36,048 nucleotides of DNA from Betaproteobacteria bacterium. GTDB taxonomy: Bacteria; Pseudomonadota; Gammaproteobacteria; Burkholderiales; SG8-41. Below the pieces are notes generated by a model. That model ran no database searches. It was not told the origin of the DNA and worked only from the letters and a program-made list of their open reading frames with translations. The stretch spans positions 1-36,048 of the forward strand of contig JANXRI010000451.1 in assembly GCA_025353085.1 (NCBI GenBank), written 5' to 3'. Both the position numbers and the translations under genes were made by a program. Shown piece after piece: positions 1 through 9,877 of this stretch; positions within the stretch are counted from its first letter, which is position 1, and every line of letters starts with the position of its first letter.

Positions 1-137
1 CTCAACGGCGCGCAGAATTTCTGCATCATCCGCTCCTATCTCGATACCATGCACAAGCAAGGACATAATTTGTTCGAGGTATTGCGCTTGACCTTCTTGG
101 GGCACGCCCCTATGCCTGCCTCAGGCTGAATAGTCAC
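1..137 (+). mobile_element. 3' end of IS66-family insertion sequence (transposase C-terminus and right terminal repeat), truncated by the window edge
   Basis: Frame 1 (1..129) reads LNGAQNFCIIRSYLDTMHKQGHNLFEVLRLTFLGHAPMPASG*, matching the GA-F-IRSY-T-KQG-N-F-G-P tail of single-ORF IS66 transposases. The stop overlaps GGCTGAATAGTCAC, which resembles an IS66 ...TTAC terminus. Confidence 0.75.
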
Positions 138-219
138 GAAAAAAATACAATTACGTCTGCCTTGCGCATCATAAGCGCCGGTGCTGTTGTGCGCGCGTAG
201 CAGCTAGCTGTAACCTAGG

Positions 220-1659
220 GTGATGCTATACCCGGGCTCGTTTTTAAAACTGCTGCTGGTCGCATTCTCACTCGTCGCGTTGCCGCTTGTCGTGGCGTTG
301 GTGACGAGTGCAATCGCGGTCGACCAACTGGCAGATCGCAGCGAGACCGCCGTATATCAGGCGGTTAGGGCGACCCAAAGCAGTCGCCGTCTGAGCGAAC
401 TGCTGACGACGATGGAGCGCAGCGCGCGTCAGATCGTTATTTTGAACGACCGCAGCCTGCTGGCCGCCTATGAAATCAGCCGCGCCCAGTTTGCGGACAC
501 GACCGCGCAGTTTGCGCAGTTGCCGTTCGATGCCGAACAGCGCGGCGAACTCGATTCGATTATCGCAACCGAACAGCAGATCTACGATGCGCTTTCGCAC
601 GCCGAACTGCTGGCACCGTCTGCGCTGCGCACGCAGGTCGGTCGCTTCGGCGATCTCGCCAACCGCGCGCAATCGATTATGGCCAAAAGCGCGCGCGCAA
701 TCGACCACGAGGTCGAGGAGTTGCGTAGAACCGCGCTCGAAGCACGGCGCATTATGTTGTGGCAGGCGCTCGCACTGGTCCCGGTCGTAATGTTTCTCGT
801 CTTCGGCTTTGCAGCAGTGATCGCGCGGCCGATCAGACAGATCGATGCCGCGATCCGCCAGTTGGGCGGCGGAAAATTTGACACGCCGGTCACTGTATCC
901 GGGCCGGCCGATCTCGAGTACCTGGGTAGCCGCCTCGAGTGGATGCGCCGCCAGCTCATAGACCTGGAACAGCAGAAGAACCGGTTTCTGCAACAGATAT
1001 CGCATGATCTCAAAACGCCGTTAACGGCGCTGCGGGAGGGTGCGCAACTTCTGTCCGACGATGTGATAGGCAGCTTGACGGCCGAGCAGCGAGAAATCGT
1101 TGAGATCCTGCGGCAAAACAGCATAAAGATGCAAAAACAGATAGAAGAGCTCCTCGACTACAGCGCGATTCCCCTGCGCAAGCTCGAGCTGGCGCCGATT
1201 AATCCCGGTCAGTTAATGACCGCTGTAGCGAGCGATCACAAGCTGCCCTTACAAGCCAAAAACCTCAGGCTGGAAACGCACGATGCCGGCACCGGGATGG
1301 TGGGCGACGCCGCCAAAATTCGCGTCGTTCTCGACAATTTGCTTTCCAACGCAATCAAGTTTTCCCCGCCCGGTGGCATCATCACGATGGACCTGCGCAC
1401 TGAAGGGGGCGAAATGATTGTCGACGTGGTTGATGATGGCCCGGGCATCGCGCCGTCGGACAGGCCGCACGTATTCGAACCTTTCTATCAAGGCAGAGTC
1501 GAAAGCATGGGCCCGGTGAAGGGCAGCGGGCTTGGACTGTCGATAGTGAGAGAGCATGTCGTGGCGCACGGCGGCAGCGCCGAGATTCTTGCGAAGGAGG
1601 GTGCTTCCGGCACTCATTTTCGGGTACGGCTGCCCCTGAACGGCGGGGCCGCGGCATGA
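220..1659 (+). CDS. glrK: Sensor histidine kinase, GlrK/QseE type
   Basis: Two TM segments, HAMP domain, H-box SHDLKTPL, N-box NLLSNAIKFSP, G-boxes DDGPG and GSGLGL; lies in a kinase-lipoprotein-sigma54 regulator triad. Confidence 0.85.
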   Translation: MMLYPGSFLKLLLVAFSLVALPLVVALVTSAIAVDQLADRSETAVYQAVRATQSSRRLSELLTTMERSARQIVILNDRSLLAAYEISRAQFADTTAQFAQLPFDAEQRGELDSIIATEQQIYDALSHAELLAPSALRTQVGRFGDLANRAQSIMAKSARAIDHEVEELRRTALEARRIMLWQALALVPVVMFLVFGFAAVIARPIRQIDAAIRQLGGGKFDTPVTVSGPADLEYLGSRLEWMRRQLIDLEQQKNRFLQQISHDLKTPLTALREGAQLLSDDVIGSLTAEQREIVEILRQNSIKMQKQIEELLDYSAIPLRKLELAPINPGQLMTAVASDHKLPLQAKNLRLETHDAGTGMVGDAAKIRVVLDNLLSNAIKFSPPGGIITMDLRTEGGEMIVDVVDDGPGIAPSDRPHVFEPFYQGRVESMGPVKGSGLGLSIVREHVVAHGGSAEILAKEGASGTHFRVRLPLNGGAAA

Positions 1660-2165
1660 AGCGGGATCTTGTTGTGCTAGCCGGAGCGATGGCGTTAGGG
1701 CTTGCGGGCTGTGGCACGCGCGGCACGCCAGCCACGCCTGCTGTTTCCGCAGCGCCGGCTAATATCGAGTCTGAAGTCAAGCCGCCGTCGCCTGCACCGA
1801 TGCGCCCGGTGGTGGTGAGTGACAGTGAAATGCTGCTGACCTATGTAGATCAGGTGCGTAAGATGCCGGCAGGCGAACTGGCGAAAGAAAACGATCAAGT
1901 GCGTAAACTTTACGCGAAGACGCGAACGGATATTACGCGTATGCGCTATGCAATTTTGTTAAGCGCTTCGAATCCTGCGCCCGGCGATGATGTGCGCACT
2001 GCCGAACTGCTGGACCCGGTGCTCAAAGGCGCCGATGTGGGGTTGCGCGCACTGGCCTACTTGCTGAGCGCGCAATTTCAGGAGCAGAGGCGGGCCCAGG
2101 CGCTTCAACAAAAGCTTGATGCATTAATGTCGCTAGACAAGACCATCATCGAACGTGGAAGGTAG
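1656..2165 (+). CDS. QseG/YfhG-like lipoprotein
   Basis: Lipobox LAGC, Pro/Ala linker, C-terminal coiled coil LQQKLDALMSLD; overlaps the kinase stop and precedes the regulator, as qseG does. Confidence 0.7.
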   Translation: MKRDLVVLAGAMALGLAGCGTRGTPATPAVSAAPANIESEVKPPSPAPMRPVVVSDSEMLLTYVDQVRKMPAGELAKENDQVRKLYAKTRTDITRMRYAILLSASNPAPGDDVRTAELLDPVLKGADVGLRALAYLLSAQFQEQRRAQALQQKLDALMSLDKTIIERGR

Positions 2166-2171
2166 GAGATT

Positions 2172-3527
2172 ATGAGCGAGCCCGCGCGCAGGATTTTGGC
2201 GGTGGACGACGATCCGGACTTGCTGCGACTGCTTACGATCCGGCTTAAATCGGCGGGCTACGACGTAACGGCCGTCGATAGCGGCGAAAAAGCGATCGCG
2301 CAATTGGCCGTCGCGCGTCCAGAACTCGTCGTGACCGACTTGAAAATGAGTGGCATGGACGGCATGGCCTTGCTCGATGCCATACATCAAACATATCCGA
2401 CCCTGCCCTCCATTATTCTGACCGCGCATGGAACGATACCGGAGGCCGTGGCAGCAACCAAACGCGGCGTATTCGGCTATCTGACCAAACCGTTCGACGC
2501 GCAGGAGTTGCTCGGCGAAGTCGAGCGCGCGCTCGCCGTCGGCGGCGGCATGCAGCCCGTGGCACAAGGCGATGAATGGCGCTCGGCAATTATCACCTGC
2601 AATCCGGTGATGGAAGACATCCTTGCCAAAGCGCGCATGGTCGCGACCGGAGATGCGAGCGTCTTTATCTACGGCGAGTCGGGGACTGGCAAGGAGTTGC
2701 TCGCGCAGGCGATTCACAATGCGAGCGCCCGGCGCGACCGCGCGTTCGTCGCTATTAACTGCGGCGCGATTCCCGAGCAATTGCTCGAGTCTGAGCTGTT
2801 CGGGCACGTCAAAGGCGCGTTCACTGGCGCGGTGCGCGACAACAAGGGTCTATTTCAGACGGCCGATCGCGGCACGCTGTTCCTCGATGAAATCGGCGAT
2901 CTCGCGCTGCCGCTTCAAGTAAAGCTGTTGCGCGTTTTGCAGGAGCGGCAAGTGCGTCCCGTCGGCTCGACGCAAAGTTATGAAGTCGACGTGCGGGTGA
3001 TTTCAGCGACCCATCGCACCATCGAAACTGAAATGGCGCAGGGACGTTTTCGAGAAGACCTTTACTACCGTTTGAATGTCGTCGCGTTCAACCTGCCATC
3101 GCTGCGTGAACGGCGCGAAGACATACCGCTGCTCGCCGGACATTTTCTGGCCCTGCTTGCCAAGAAATACGGCAAGGCGATCAACCGGATCGCGCCCGAG
3201 GCGCTCCAGCTTTTGGTCGGCGCGAACTGGCCGGGTAATGTGCGTCAGCTCTATAACGTCATCGAGCGCTCAGTCGCCCTGTGCAATTCTGCGCTGATAC
3301 CTGCGTCGCTGGTGCAACAGGCGATTCAGCACCAGCAAACCGAATTCGCGTCCTTCGAGAAGGCTCGCAGGCAGTTCGAGCGTGAATATCTGGTTCGTTT
3401 GTTGAAGATCACCGGCGGCAACGTTTCCCAGGCGGCGAAGCTTGCCCAGCGAAACCGCACCGAGTTCTACAAATTGCTCCAGCGGCATGCGCTCGATCCA
3501 TCGTCGTTCAAGGCCGCGGTGTCCTGA
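2172..3527 (+). CDS. glrR: Sigma54-dependent response regulator GlrR/QseF
   Basis: REC domain, AAA+ motifs GESGTGKE and GAFTGA, HTH tail [24 protein letters not shown] typical of GlrR. Confidence 0.9.
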   Translation: MSEPARRILAVDDDPDLLRLLTIRLKSAGYDVTAVDSGEKAIAQLAVARPELVVTDLKMSGMDGMALLDAIHQTYPTLPSIILTAHGTIPEAVAATKRGVFGYLTKPFDAQELLGEVERALAVGGGMQPVAQGDEWRSAIITCNPVMEDILAKARMVATGDASVFIYGESGTGKELLAQAIHNASARRDRAFVAINCGAIPEQLLESELFGHVKGAFTGAVRDNKGLFQTADRGTLFLDEIGDLALPLQVKLLRVLQERQVRPVGSTQSYEVDVRVISATHRTIETEMAQGRFREDLYYRLNVVAFNLPSLRERREDIPLLAGHFLALLAKKYGKAINRIAPEALQLLVGANWPGNVRQLYNVIERSVALCNSALIPASLVQQAIQHQQTEFASFEKARRQFEREYLVRLLKITGGNVSQAAKLAQRNRTEFYKLLQRHALDPSSFKAAVS

Positions 3528-3543
3528 CGCTTAGCGCGCGGGA

Positions 3544-3626
3544 CGTCGCTGTGCGGCGACAAAAATATTCAAACGATATCAATCCGCCCTGCAGGTTTCG
3601 CAGCGAGCTGTCTCCCGATGGCGACG
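3544..3626. promoter_or_regulatory. Two putative GlrR binding sites (TGTC-N10-GACA)
   Basis: CGTC-gctgtgcggc-GACA at 3544-3561 and TGTC-tcccgatggc-GACG at 3609-3626, each one mismatch from the enterobacterial GlrR site; upstream of a sigma54 promoter. Confidence 0.7.
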
Positions 3627-3690
3627 ATTGGTTCCGTGAACGGGTGCGAGTGCGATTTCAAGGCACTGAACCGTTTAAATAAAACTCTTT

Positions 3691-3706
3691 TGGCATGATG
3701 GTTGCT
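3691..3706 (+). promoter_or_regulatory. Sigma54 (-24/-12) promoter
   Basis: TGGCATGATGGTTGCT fits TGGCACG-N4-TTGC with correct GG/GC spacing; AT-rich tract just upstream; AGGAGA RBS before the ATG at 3784. Confidence 0.8.
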
Positions 3707-3783
3707 GCGCATTACGCACACGAATCGCACCTGATTTATAGCGTTCTTTAGGGCGGGTAAGATGACGTCCGCAGGAGAAAATT

Positions 3784-4086
3784 ATGCGAGCCGTTTTATT
3801 ACAGCCAAAGGCAAACCACCAAGGGTGGTTGTATCCGTTGCTTATCATAGCCGCCATCTCGGTGATCATATTGAGCGCGATAGGCGCCGCCGCACTGGCG
3901 GGCTGGTTGCCGCGTGCCGAATCTGCGAATGATAGACAGTCGGCAGTCGGGTATCAGCAGAACGTAGTTCACTATGAAAAACAGGGCGCAGTTTCCGGGT
4001 TGAGCGGGTCGCGGAATCCCGGCGGTTTTTTTGTTCGGGCAATCGCTCTGCATCGTTGCCGAATTGCCGGTAAAGTTACGCCATGA
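3784..4086 (+). CDS. Small membrane-anchored hypothetical protein
   Basis: Good RBS; hydrophobic segment YPLLIIAAISVIILSAIGAAALAGWLP resembles the N-anchor of betaproteobacterial glycine-zipper 2TM proteins, but no glycine zipper follows. Confidence 0.6.
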   Translation: MRAVLLQPKANHQGWLYPLLIIAAISVIILSAIGAAALAGWLPRAESANDRQSAVGYQQNVVHYEKQGAVSGLSGSRNPGGFFVRAIALHRCRIAGKVTP

Positions 4087-4370
4087 GAAAACGACTGATT
4101 GCTTTGACCATTGCGATATTGGCCGGTTGCGCCGGCCAACCGATCAGCGGGCCCGAAACTATTCCACCAGCACCAGCACCCCGCGCGCCAACGGCCGCGG
4201 CACCGGGTGTTAATCTGTCCGGCTATCCGGCGGCTTTTCGGGCTGGCTACGTGGACGGCTGTAATAGCGTAGATGGGGTGCGCAAGCGCGACGACGTGCG
4301 CTTTAAAAACGAGACGGATTACGCGCAGGGCTGGCGCGACGGCAACGACATTTGCAAGCGCAGGAAGTAA
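4083..4370 (+). CDS. Small lipoprotein of unknown function
   Basis: Signal peptide with lipobox LAGC, Pro-rich linker, internally repeated F/YxxGY/WxDG motif (FRAGYVDGC, YAQGWRDG); ATGA overlap with the upstream ORF. Confidence 0.75.
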   Translation: MRKRLIALTIAILAGCAGQPISGPETIPPAPAPRAPTAAAPGVNLSGYPAAFRAGYVDGCNSVDGVRKRDDVRFKNETDYAQGWRDGNDICKRRK

Positions 4371-4382
4371 GTGCGCTTTGTG

Positions 4383-6557
4383 TCAGTCAAAGCGTCGATG
4401 CGTGACGCGCATGATGCGGATCACTTCCGGCAAGCGCCGCAATACGCGCATGATTTGCGCCAGATGCAGCCGGTTGAACACCTGGAGCGTGAAATGCATC
4501 GTCGCATAAGGGTCGCCTTCTTCGGGGTCGACGGTCACGTTGTCGATGTTTGAGTCGGCGCCGGCGATTGCCGCGGCGACTTTGGCGAGCACACCCCGCT
4601 GGTTTAAGACGACCAACTTGATGCTGACGTTGAAAAGCTTCTTGGTTTCCGGCGACCACTCGACATCGATTACCTTGCCCGGATCGGCGCGCGTTTTCGC
4701 AATGACCGAGCAATCGTGGGTATGAATTACCATGCCCTGGCCTTTGCTGATCAGGCCTATGATTGGATCACCGGGGATCGGTTTGCAGCACTGCGCAAAT
4801 TGAACAGCCATTCCTTCCGAGCCGCGAATCATCACGGGTGCAACGTCCCGACGCTCCTCGCCCGCCGCATCGCTCAGCGACAACAAGCGGCGCGCCACCA
4901 CCACACTCAGGCGCTTGCCTAGACCGATGTCAGCAAGGATGTCCTGGCGCGATTTGGCGCCGGTATCTTTGAGGAGCTTGGCCCATTGCGGGTCCTTGAT
5001 CTCGTCAACGCCGGTGTGCAAGACACTCAGCGCCTGGTTGAGCAAGCGCTCGCCTAACTGTGCGGACTCCTGCGACTGCACGGACTTCAGGAAATGCCGG
5101 ATATGCGAGCGCGCTTTGGCGGTGATCACATAGTTGAGCCACAGCGGGTTCGGTTTCGCGTGTGAGGCGGTGATGATCTCGACCCGCTCGCCGTTCTTGA
5201 GATCGGTTCTGAGTGGCATCAATTCATCGTTGATTTTGACCGCAACGCAGCGGTTGCCGATGTCCGTGTGCACCGCGTACGCGAAATCCACCGCGGTCGC
5301 TCCGCGCGGCAAGGAAAGTATTTTGCCTTTCGGTGTAAACACGTAAACGGCATCCGGAAATAAATCGACTTTCAGGTGCTCGAGAAATTCGGTCGAATCA
5401 CCGGTGCCGGATTGGATTTCGAGCAGGCTCTGCAGCCATTGATGGGTTTTTTTCTGGAGCTCGTTGAGCGACGCGTCCATACTCTTGTAAAGCCAGTGCG
5501 AGGCGACTCCGGCTTCGGCAATCTTGTGCATTTCCTGGGTGCGCACCTGCGCTTCGATCGGGCTGCCGAAGGGGCCGAACAGCGTCGTGTGCAGCGATTG
5601 ATACCCGTTCGCCTTGGGAATCGCGATGTAGTCCTTGAATTTGCCCGGGATCGGCTTGTAGAGCGAGTGCAGCGCGCCCAGCACCAGATAGCAGGACGGT
5701 ACATCCTTGACGATGATGCGAAAACCGAACACGTCATGCACCTTCGCAAACGACAAGTGCTTCTCGCGCATCTTGCGGTAAATGCTATACAGGTGTTTCT
5801 CGCGGCCGTGCACCTCCGCTTCGATGCCGTCTTTCTTTAAGCGCTTGATGACTGTGTCTTCGACCTTGCCGACGACTTCGCGGCGGTTGCCGCGCGCACT
5901 TTTGAGCGCTTTCGAAAGAACGCGGTTGCGCGCCGGGTAAAGGTAAAGGAAAGCGAGGTCTTCGAGTTCCTGGTAAATGCTGTTGAGTCCAAGGCGATTG
6001 GCGATTGGCGCGTAAATGTCGAGCGTCTCGCGCGCGATGCGTTTTCTTTTTGGCGCCGGCACCGCGGCGAGCGTGCGCATGTTATGCAGGCGGTCCGCCA
6101 GCTTGATGAGAATGACACGCACATCGCGGGCCATCGCGAGCAGCATCTTGCGGAAATTCTCAGCCTGCGCTTCTTCGTGCGTTTCGAATTCGATACGGTC
6201 GAGCTTCGAAACCCCGTCGACGAGGTCCGCGACCGGCTTGCCGAATTTTTTGCTGATTTCCGCTTTAGTGACCGCCGTGTCTTCGACAACGTCATGCAAT
6301 AGCGCGGCGGAGAGCGCCTGCGAATCGAGATGCAGTTGCGCGAGGATGTTGGCGACTGCGAGCGGATGCGAAATGTACGGATCGCCGGAGGCGCGGAATT
6401 GGCCGTGGTGCGCGGCCTCGCTAAAGTGGTACGCGGTTTCGACCCGCGCTATATCGTCCGGCTTGAGGTAGCCGGCCCATTTCTTGAACAGCGTGGCGGC
6501 TTCGGGCATGGCGCCGGCGGGATCAAGTGAGAGGTTGAAAGACCGGGCTTGGGGCAA
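4383..6557 (-). CDS. spoT: Bifunctional (p)ppGpp synthetase/hydrolase (start may be ATG at 6509)
   Basis: Intact HD motif ALLHDVVEDT, IKLADRLHNMRTL, synthetase NGYQSLHT, TGS and ACT domains; follows gmk-rpoZ. Confidence 0.95.
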   Translation of the reverse strand: MPQARSFNLSLDPAGAMPEAATLFKKWAGYLKPDDIARVETAYHFSEAAHHGQFRASGDPYISHPLAVANILAQLHLDSQALSAALLHDVVEDTAVTKAEISKKFGKPVADLVDGVSKLDRIEFETHEEAQAENFRKMLLAMARDVRVILIKLADRLHNMRTLAAVPAPKRKRIARETLDIYAPIANRLGLNSIYQELEDLAFLYLYPARNRVLSKALKSARGNRREVVGKVEDTVIKRLKKDGIEAEVHGREKHLYSIYRKMREKHLSFAKVHDVFGFRIIVKDVPSCYLVLGALHSLYKPIPGKFKDYIAIPKANGYQSLHTTLFGPFGSPIEAQVRTQEMHKIAEAGVASHWLYKSMDASLNELQKKTHQWLQSLLEIQSGTGDSTEFLEHLKVDLFPDAVYVFTPKGKILSLPRGATAVDFAYAVHTDIGNRCVAVKINDELMPLRTDLKNGERVEIITASHAKPNPLWLNYVITAKARSHIRHFLKSVQSQESAQLGERLLNQALSVLHTGVDEIKDPQWAKLLKDTGAKSRQDILADIGLGKRLSVVVARRLLSLSDAAGEERRDVAPVMIRGSEGMAVQFAQCCKPIPGDPIIGLISKGQGMVIHTHDCSVIAKTRADPGKVIDVEWSPETKKLFNVSIKLVVLNQRGVLAKVAAAIAGADSNIDNVTVDPEEGDPYATMHFTLQVFNRLHLAQIMRVLRRLPEVIRIMRVTHRRFD

Positions 6558-6611
6558 GTTGCGAGAGGCGCCGGATTTCCATGCTGTATTCCCGGCGGCT
6601 TAAGCGCGCGA

Positions 6612-6818
6612 TTAAGTCGGCGTCTTGTTGAGTATGTCGAGTCCGTAATGCGCTTCGGCGAGTTCGCGCAACGCTATGACTGTCGCCTTGTCGCGGTTCG
6701 CTTCGATCATCGGCGTGGCGCCGTTGGCAAGCTGGCGCGCGCGGTAAGTCGCGGCCAAGGTCAACTCAAAACGGTTCGGGATGATCTTCAGGCAATCTTC
6801 TACAGTAATGCGAGCCAT
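6612..6818 (-). CDS. rpoZ: RNA polymerase omega subunit
   Basis: [10 protein letters not shown]...[16 protein letters not shown] signature. Confidence 0.97.
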   Translation of the reverse strand: MARITVEDCLKIIPNRFELTLAATYRARQLANGATPMIEANRDKATVIALRELAEAHYGLDILNKTPT

Positions 6819-6875
6819 GAGTATTTCCTTAAGTGTAGTTGCAGCCGCAAAGAGCAGGTCTTCTTCGCAACAAGG

Positions 6876-7484
6876 CTACGTCATGCGGTTAATCAGCTCG
6901 CTGTGATGAGCCAGTTGGCTGGATGCCAGCAGTCGCCGGGCGCGAACTATGCTGACCAAGTCCAGCACCGCCTCGTCGAATTTGTCGTTAATAATAACAT
7001 AGTTAAACTCGCTCACGTGACTGATTTCCGCGCGCGCAGCCGCGATCCGGCGCGCAATAACGGCGGGCGGGTCCTGCGCTCGTGTATTGAGCCGGCTCAT
7101 CAACGCATCGAGGGATGGCGGGAGGATAAAAATACCGATCGCGTCCGGAACCAATTTGCGCACCTGGGCTGCGCCCTGCCAGTCGATCTCAAGCATGATG
7201 TCGGCGCCCGCCGCGCGCTGATCACTGATCCAGTGCTGCGAAGTCCCATAGTAATTGCCATGCACGAATGCGCTTTCGAGGAAGGCGCCGCCGGCCGCGA
7301 GTTCATGAAACCTGGGCTCATCGATAAAATGGTATTCACGCCCGTCGACTTCGCCGCCGCGCGGTTGGCGCGTTGTATAAGAAACCGACAAGCGGATGCC
7401 GGTATCCGCTACGAGCAGTCCGGTGACGAGGGTGGTCTTGCCGGCGCCCGACGGCGCGCACACGATGAAGAGACTGCCGCTCAT
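6876..7484 (-). CDS. gmk: Guanylate kinase
   Basis: P-loop APSGAGKTT, SYTTR, GNYYGT, LEIDWQGA. Confidence 0.97.
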   Translation of the reverse strand: MSGSLFIVCAPSGAGKTTLVTGLLVADTGIRLSVSYTTRQPRGGEVDGREYHFIDEPRFHELAAGGAFLESAFVHGNYYGTSQHWISDQRAAGADIMLEIDWQGAAQVRKLVPDAIGIFILPPSLDALMSRLNTRAQDPPAVIARRIAAARAEISHVSEFNYVIINDKFDEAVLDLVSIVRARRLLASSQLAHHSELINRMT

Positions 7485-8356
7485 TCGATATTTTGAATCT
7501 GTTCCCTCATCTGCTCGATCAGCAGCTTTAAATCGAGGGCGACTTTGGTTACTTCGGCATCGACTGATTTCGAGCCCAGCGTATTCGCCTCCCGGTTTAA
7601 TTCCTGCATCATGAAATCGAGGCGTTTACCGACCGCGCCGCCGGTCGCGAGGATGCGCTTGATTTCACTGAAATGCGCGGTGAGGCGCGACAGTTCCTCA
7701 TCAACGTCGATGCGGTTGGCAAACAGCGTAATTTCCTGGCGAATGCGTTCGTCATCGTTAACCGCCATCGCCTCGTGCAGGCGCAGCGCAAGTTTCTCGC
7801 GATAGGCGGCGAGCACCTCGGGCATGCGCGGCGCCACCGTCGCGATGCGTTCTTCCATCGAGGCCACGCGCTCGAGCAGAATGGCCTTCAATTTTTCACC
7901 TTCGCGCGAACGCGACGCTGTGAATTCGCCCAGTACCTCGAGCAGCGCCGAGTGACACGCGGCGCGCATCTCATCGAGCGGCACCGATTCGGCACCCAGC
8001 ATGCCGGGCCAGCGCAATATGTCCGCGGCGGTGAGTCCCTGCACGCTCGGCCAGGCCTGGCGCAACTGTTCGCTCAACGCGCGCAACTGCTTCAGCACTT
8101 CCAGGTTGAGATCGATCGATTTTTGCGCTGTGGGCAGCGCGTTAAGAGCGATCCGGCATTCGACCTTGCCGCGATTGAGCTTGCCCACGATCTGTTCGCG
8201 CAGGCCGGCTTCGAGCGCGCGCAATTCATCCGGCAGGCGGAACTGCAAATCGAGATAGCGGTGATTGACGGAGCGCAACTCTACATTGAGCGCGGTGGTC
8301 GAAAGTTCGCGCGTCGCACTGGCAAATCCGGTCATGCTGTAGATCATTTTGTCCAT
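7481..8356 (-). CDS. yicC: YicC/YloC family endoribonuclease (start 8356 or 8347; the ORF track over-extends it)
   Basis: IYSMTGF, ELRSVNHRYL, GKRLDFMMQELNREANTLGSK, EQMREQIQNIE. Confidence 0.93.
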   Translation of the reverse strand: MDKMIYSMTGFASATRELSTTALNVELRSVNHRYLDLQFRLPDELRALEAGLREQIVGKLNRGKVECRIALNALPTAQKSIDLNLEVLKQLRALSEQLRQAWPSVQGLTAADILRWPGMLGAESVPLDEMRAACHSALLEVLGEFTASRSREGEKLKAILLERVASMEERIATVAPRMPEVLAAYREKLALRLHEAMAVNDDERIRQEITLFANRIDVDEELSRLTAHFSEIKRILATGGAVGKRLDFMMQELNREANTLGSKSVDAEVTKVALDLKLLIEQMREQIQNIE

Positions 8357-8470
8357 CGCGAGTGATATGTGCGGAGTGGAGGGTAAAATACGCGGCTGTC
8401 CGAATCCGGTAAAGCGACCGGACTTTAACGCATCAGCATCCCGAATTTTAGCCCTGAAAGATAGCACATT

Positions 8471-9187
8471 ATGCGGCCCAGCCAGCGCCAGCCAGACGAG
8501 TTACGCAAGATCCGGATCACCCGTCGCTACACGCGCCACGCCGAGGGCGCGGTGCTGATCGAGGCGGGCGACACCAAGGTGTTGTGCACAGTGAGCGTGG
8601 AGGACAAAGTGCCGCCGTTTTTGAAAGGCCGCGGGCAAGGCTGGCTCACCGCGGAATACGGCATGTTGCCACGCGCTACCAACACGCGCTCCGACCGCGA
8701 GGCAGCGCGCGGCAAACAATCCGGTCGCACGCAGGAAATCCAGCGCTTGATCGGCCGTGCGTTGCGGGCGGTGGTGGATCTAGGGGCGCTCGGCGAGCGC
8801 ACCCTCCAAATCGACTGCGATGTGATTCAGGCCGATGGCGGTACGCGCACCGCCAGTATCACCGGCGCATTCGTTGCCGTGCAGGACGCCGTGCGCTATT
8901 TGCTCGACCAGAAATTGCTCGCGGCCTCACCGGTGCGCGATTCCGTCGCCGCGGTTTCCGTCGGCATCTATCAGGGCGTGCCGGTGCTCGACCTCGATTA
9001 TCCCGAGGACTCCAAATGCGACACGGACATGAACGTTGTGATGACGGGCAGCGGCGGTCTTATCGAAGTGCAGGGCACCGCCGAAGGCGCGCCATTTTCT
9101 CGCGCCGGGATGAATGCATTGCTCGACCTCGCGCAGAAGGGCATTGCCGAGTTGATTGAAGCGCAGAAAGCAGCGTTGGCGAACTGA
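8471..9187 (+). CDS. rph: Ribonuclease PH
   Basis: [36 protein letters not shown]. Confidence 0.97.
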   Translation: MRPSQRQPDELRKIRITRRYTRHAEGAVLIEAGDTKVLCTVSVEDKVPPFLKGRGQGWLTAEYGMLPRATNTRSDREAARGKQSGRTQEIQRLIGRALRAVVDLGALGERTLQIDCDVIQADGGTRTASITGAFVAVQDAVRYLLDQKLLAASPVRDSVAAVSVGIYQGVPVLDLDYPEDSKCDTDMNVVMTGSGGLIEVQGTAEGAPFSRAGMNALLDLAQKGIAELIEAQKAALAN

Positions 9188-9199
9188 CACGGTTACGTT

Positions 9200-9874
9200 A
9201 TGCCGATGAAAAAAATTGTCATCGCCACGAACAACGTCGGCAAATTGAACGAGATCGGCGCGATACTGGCGCCCCTCGACATCGAGATCGTGGCGCAATC
9301 CACGCTCGGGGTCAGCGAAGCGCCTGAACCGCATTGTACGTTTCTTGAAAATGCGCTCGCCAAGGCGCGCCATTCGAGCGCGCATACCGGATTGCCGGCA
9401 TTGGCTGACGACTCGGGCATCTGCGTCGATGCGCTTAACGGCGCGCCCGGCGTGTATTCGGCGCGGTTTGCCGGTGAACCAGCCGCTGGCGTTGCTGGCA
9501 GTCGCGCGAACCAGGACGTGCGCAACAACCAAAAGCTGCTTGAACTGCTCGCCAACGAAAATAATCGCCACGCGCATTATTATTGCGTCATCGTATTGAC
9601 CCGCCGCGCCGACGATCCGCAGCCGCTCGTGTGCGAGGCTGAATGGCATGGTGAGATCATAAAGACGCTGCGCGGCAGCGGTGGCTTTGGGTACGATCCA
9701 TTGTTCCTGATTCCAGCGCTCAACAAGACCGGCGCGGAATTAAAGCCGGCGGAAAAAAACCGCATCAGCCATCGCGCGCAGGCATTGGCAGTACTTGCCG
9801 CAAGGCTCGCAGGATTGGGGACAGCGCAGCGAGGGGCCGACGATCGAGGACCGCCGGCGCCGCGCCGGCGTTAA
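9200..9874 (+). CDS. rdgB: Non-canonical purine NTP pyrophosphatase (RdgB/HAM1)
   Basis: ATNNVGK, ALADDSG, GAPGVYSAR, GFGYDPLF, KNRISHR. Confidence 0.95.
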   Translation: MPMKKIVIATNNVGKLNEIGAILAPLDIEIVAQSTLGVSEAPEPHCTFLENALAKARHSSAHTGLPALADDSGICVDALNGAPGVYSARFAGEPAAGVAGSRANQDVRNNQKLLELLANENNRHAHYYCVIVLTRRADDPQPLVCEAEWHGEIIKTLRGSGGFGYDPLFLIPALNKTGAELKPAEKNRISHRAQALAVLAARLAGLGTAQRGADDRGPPAPRRR

Positions 9875-9877
9875 CCC

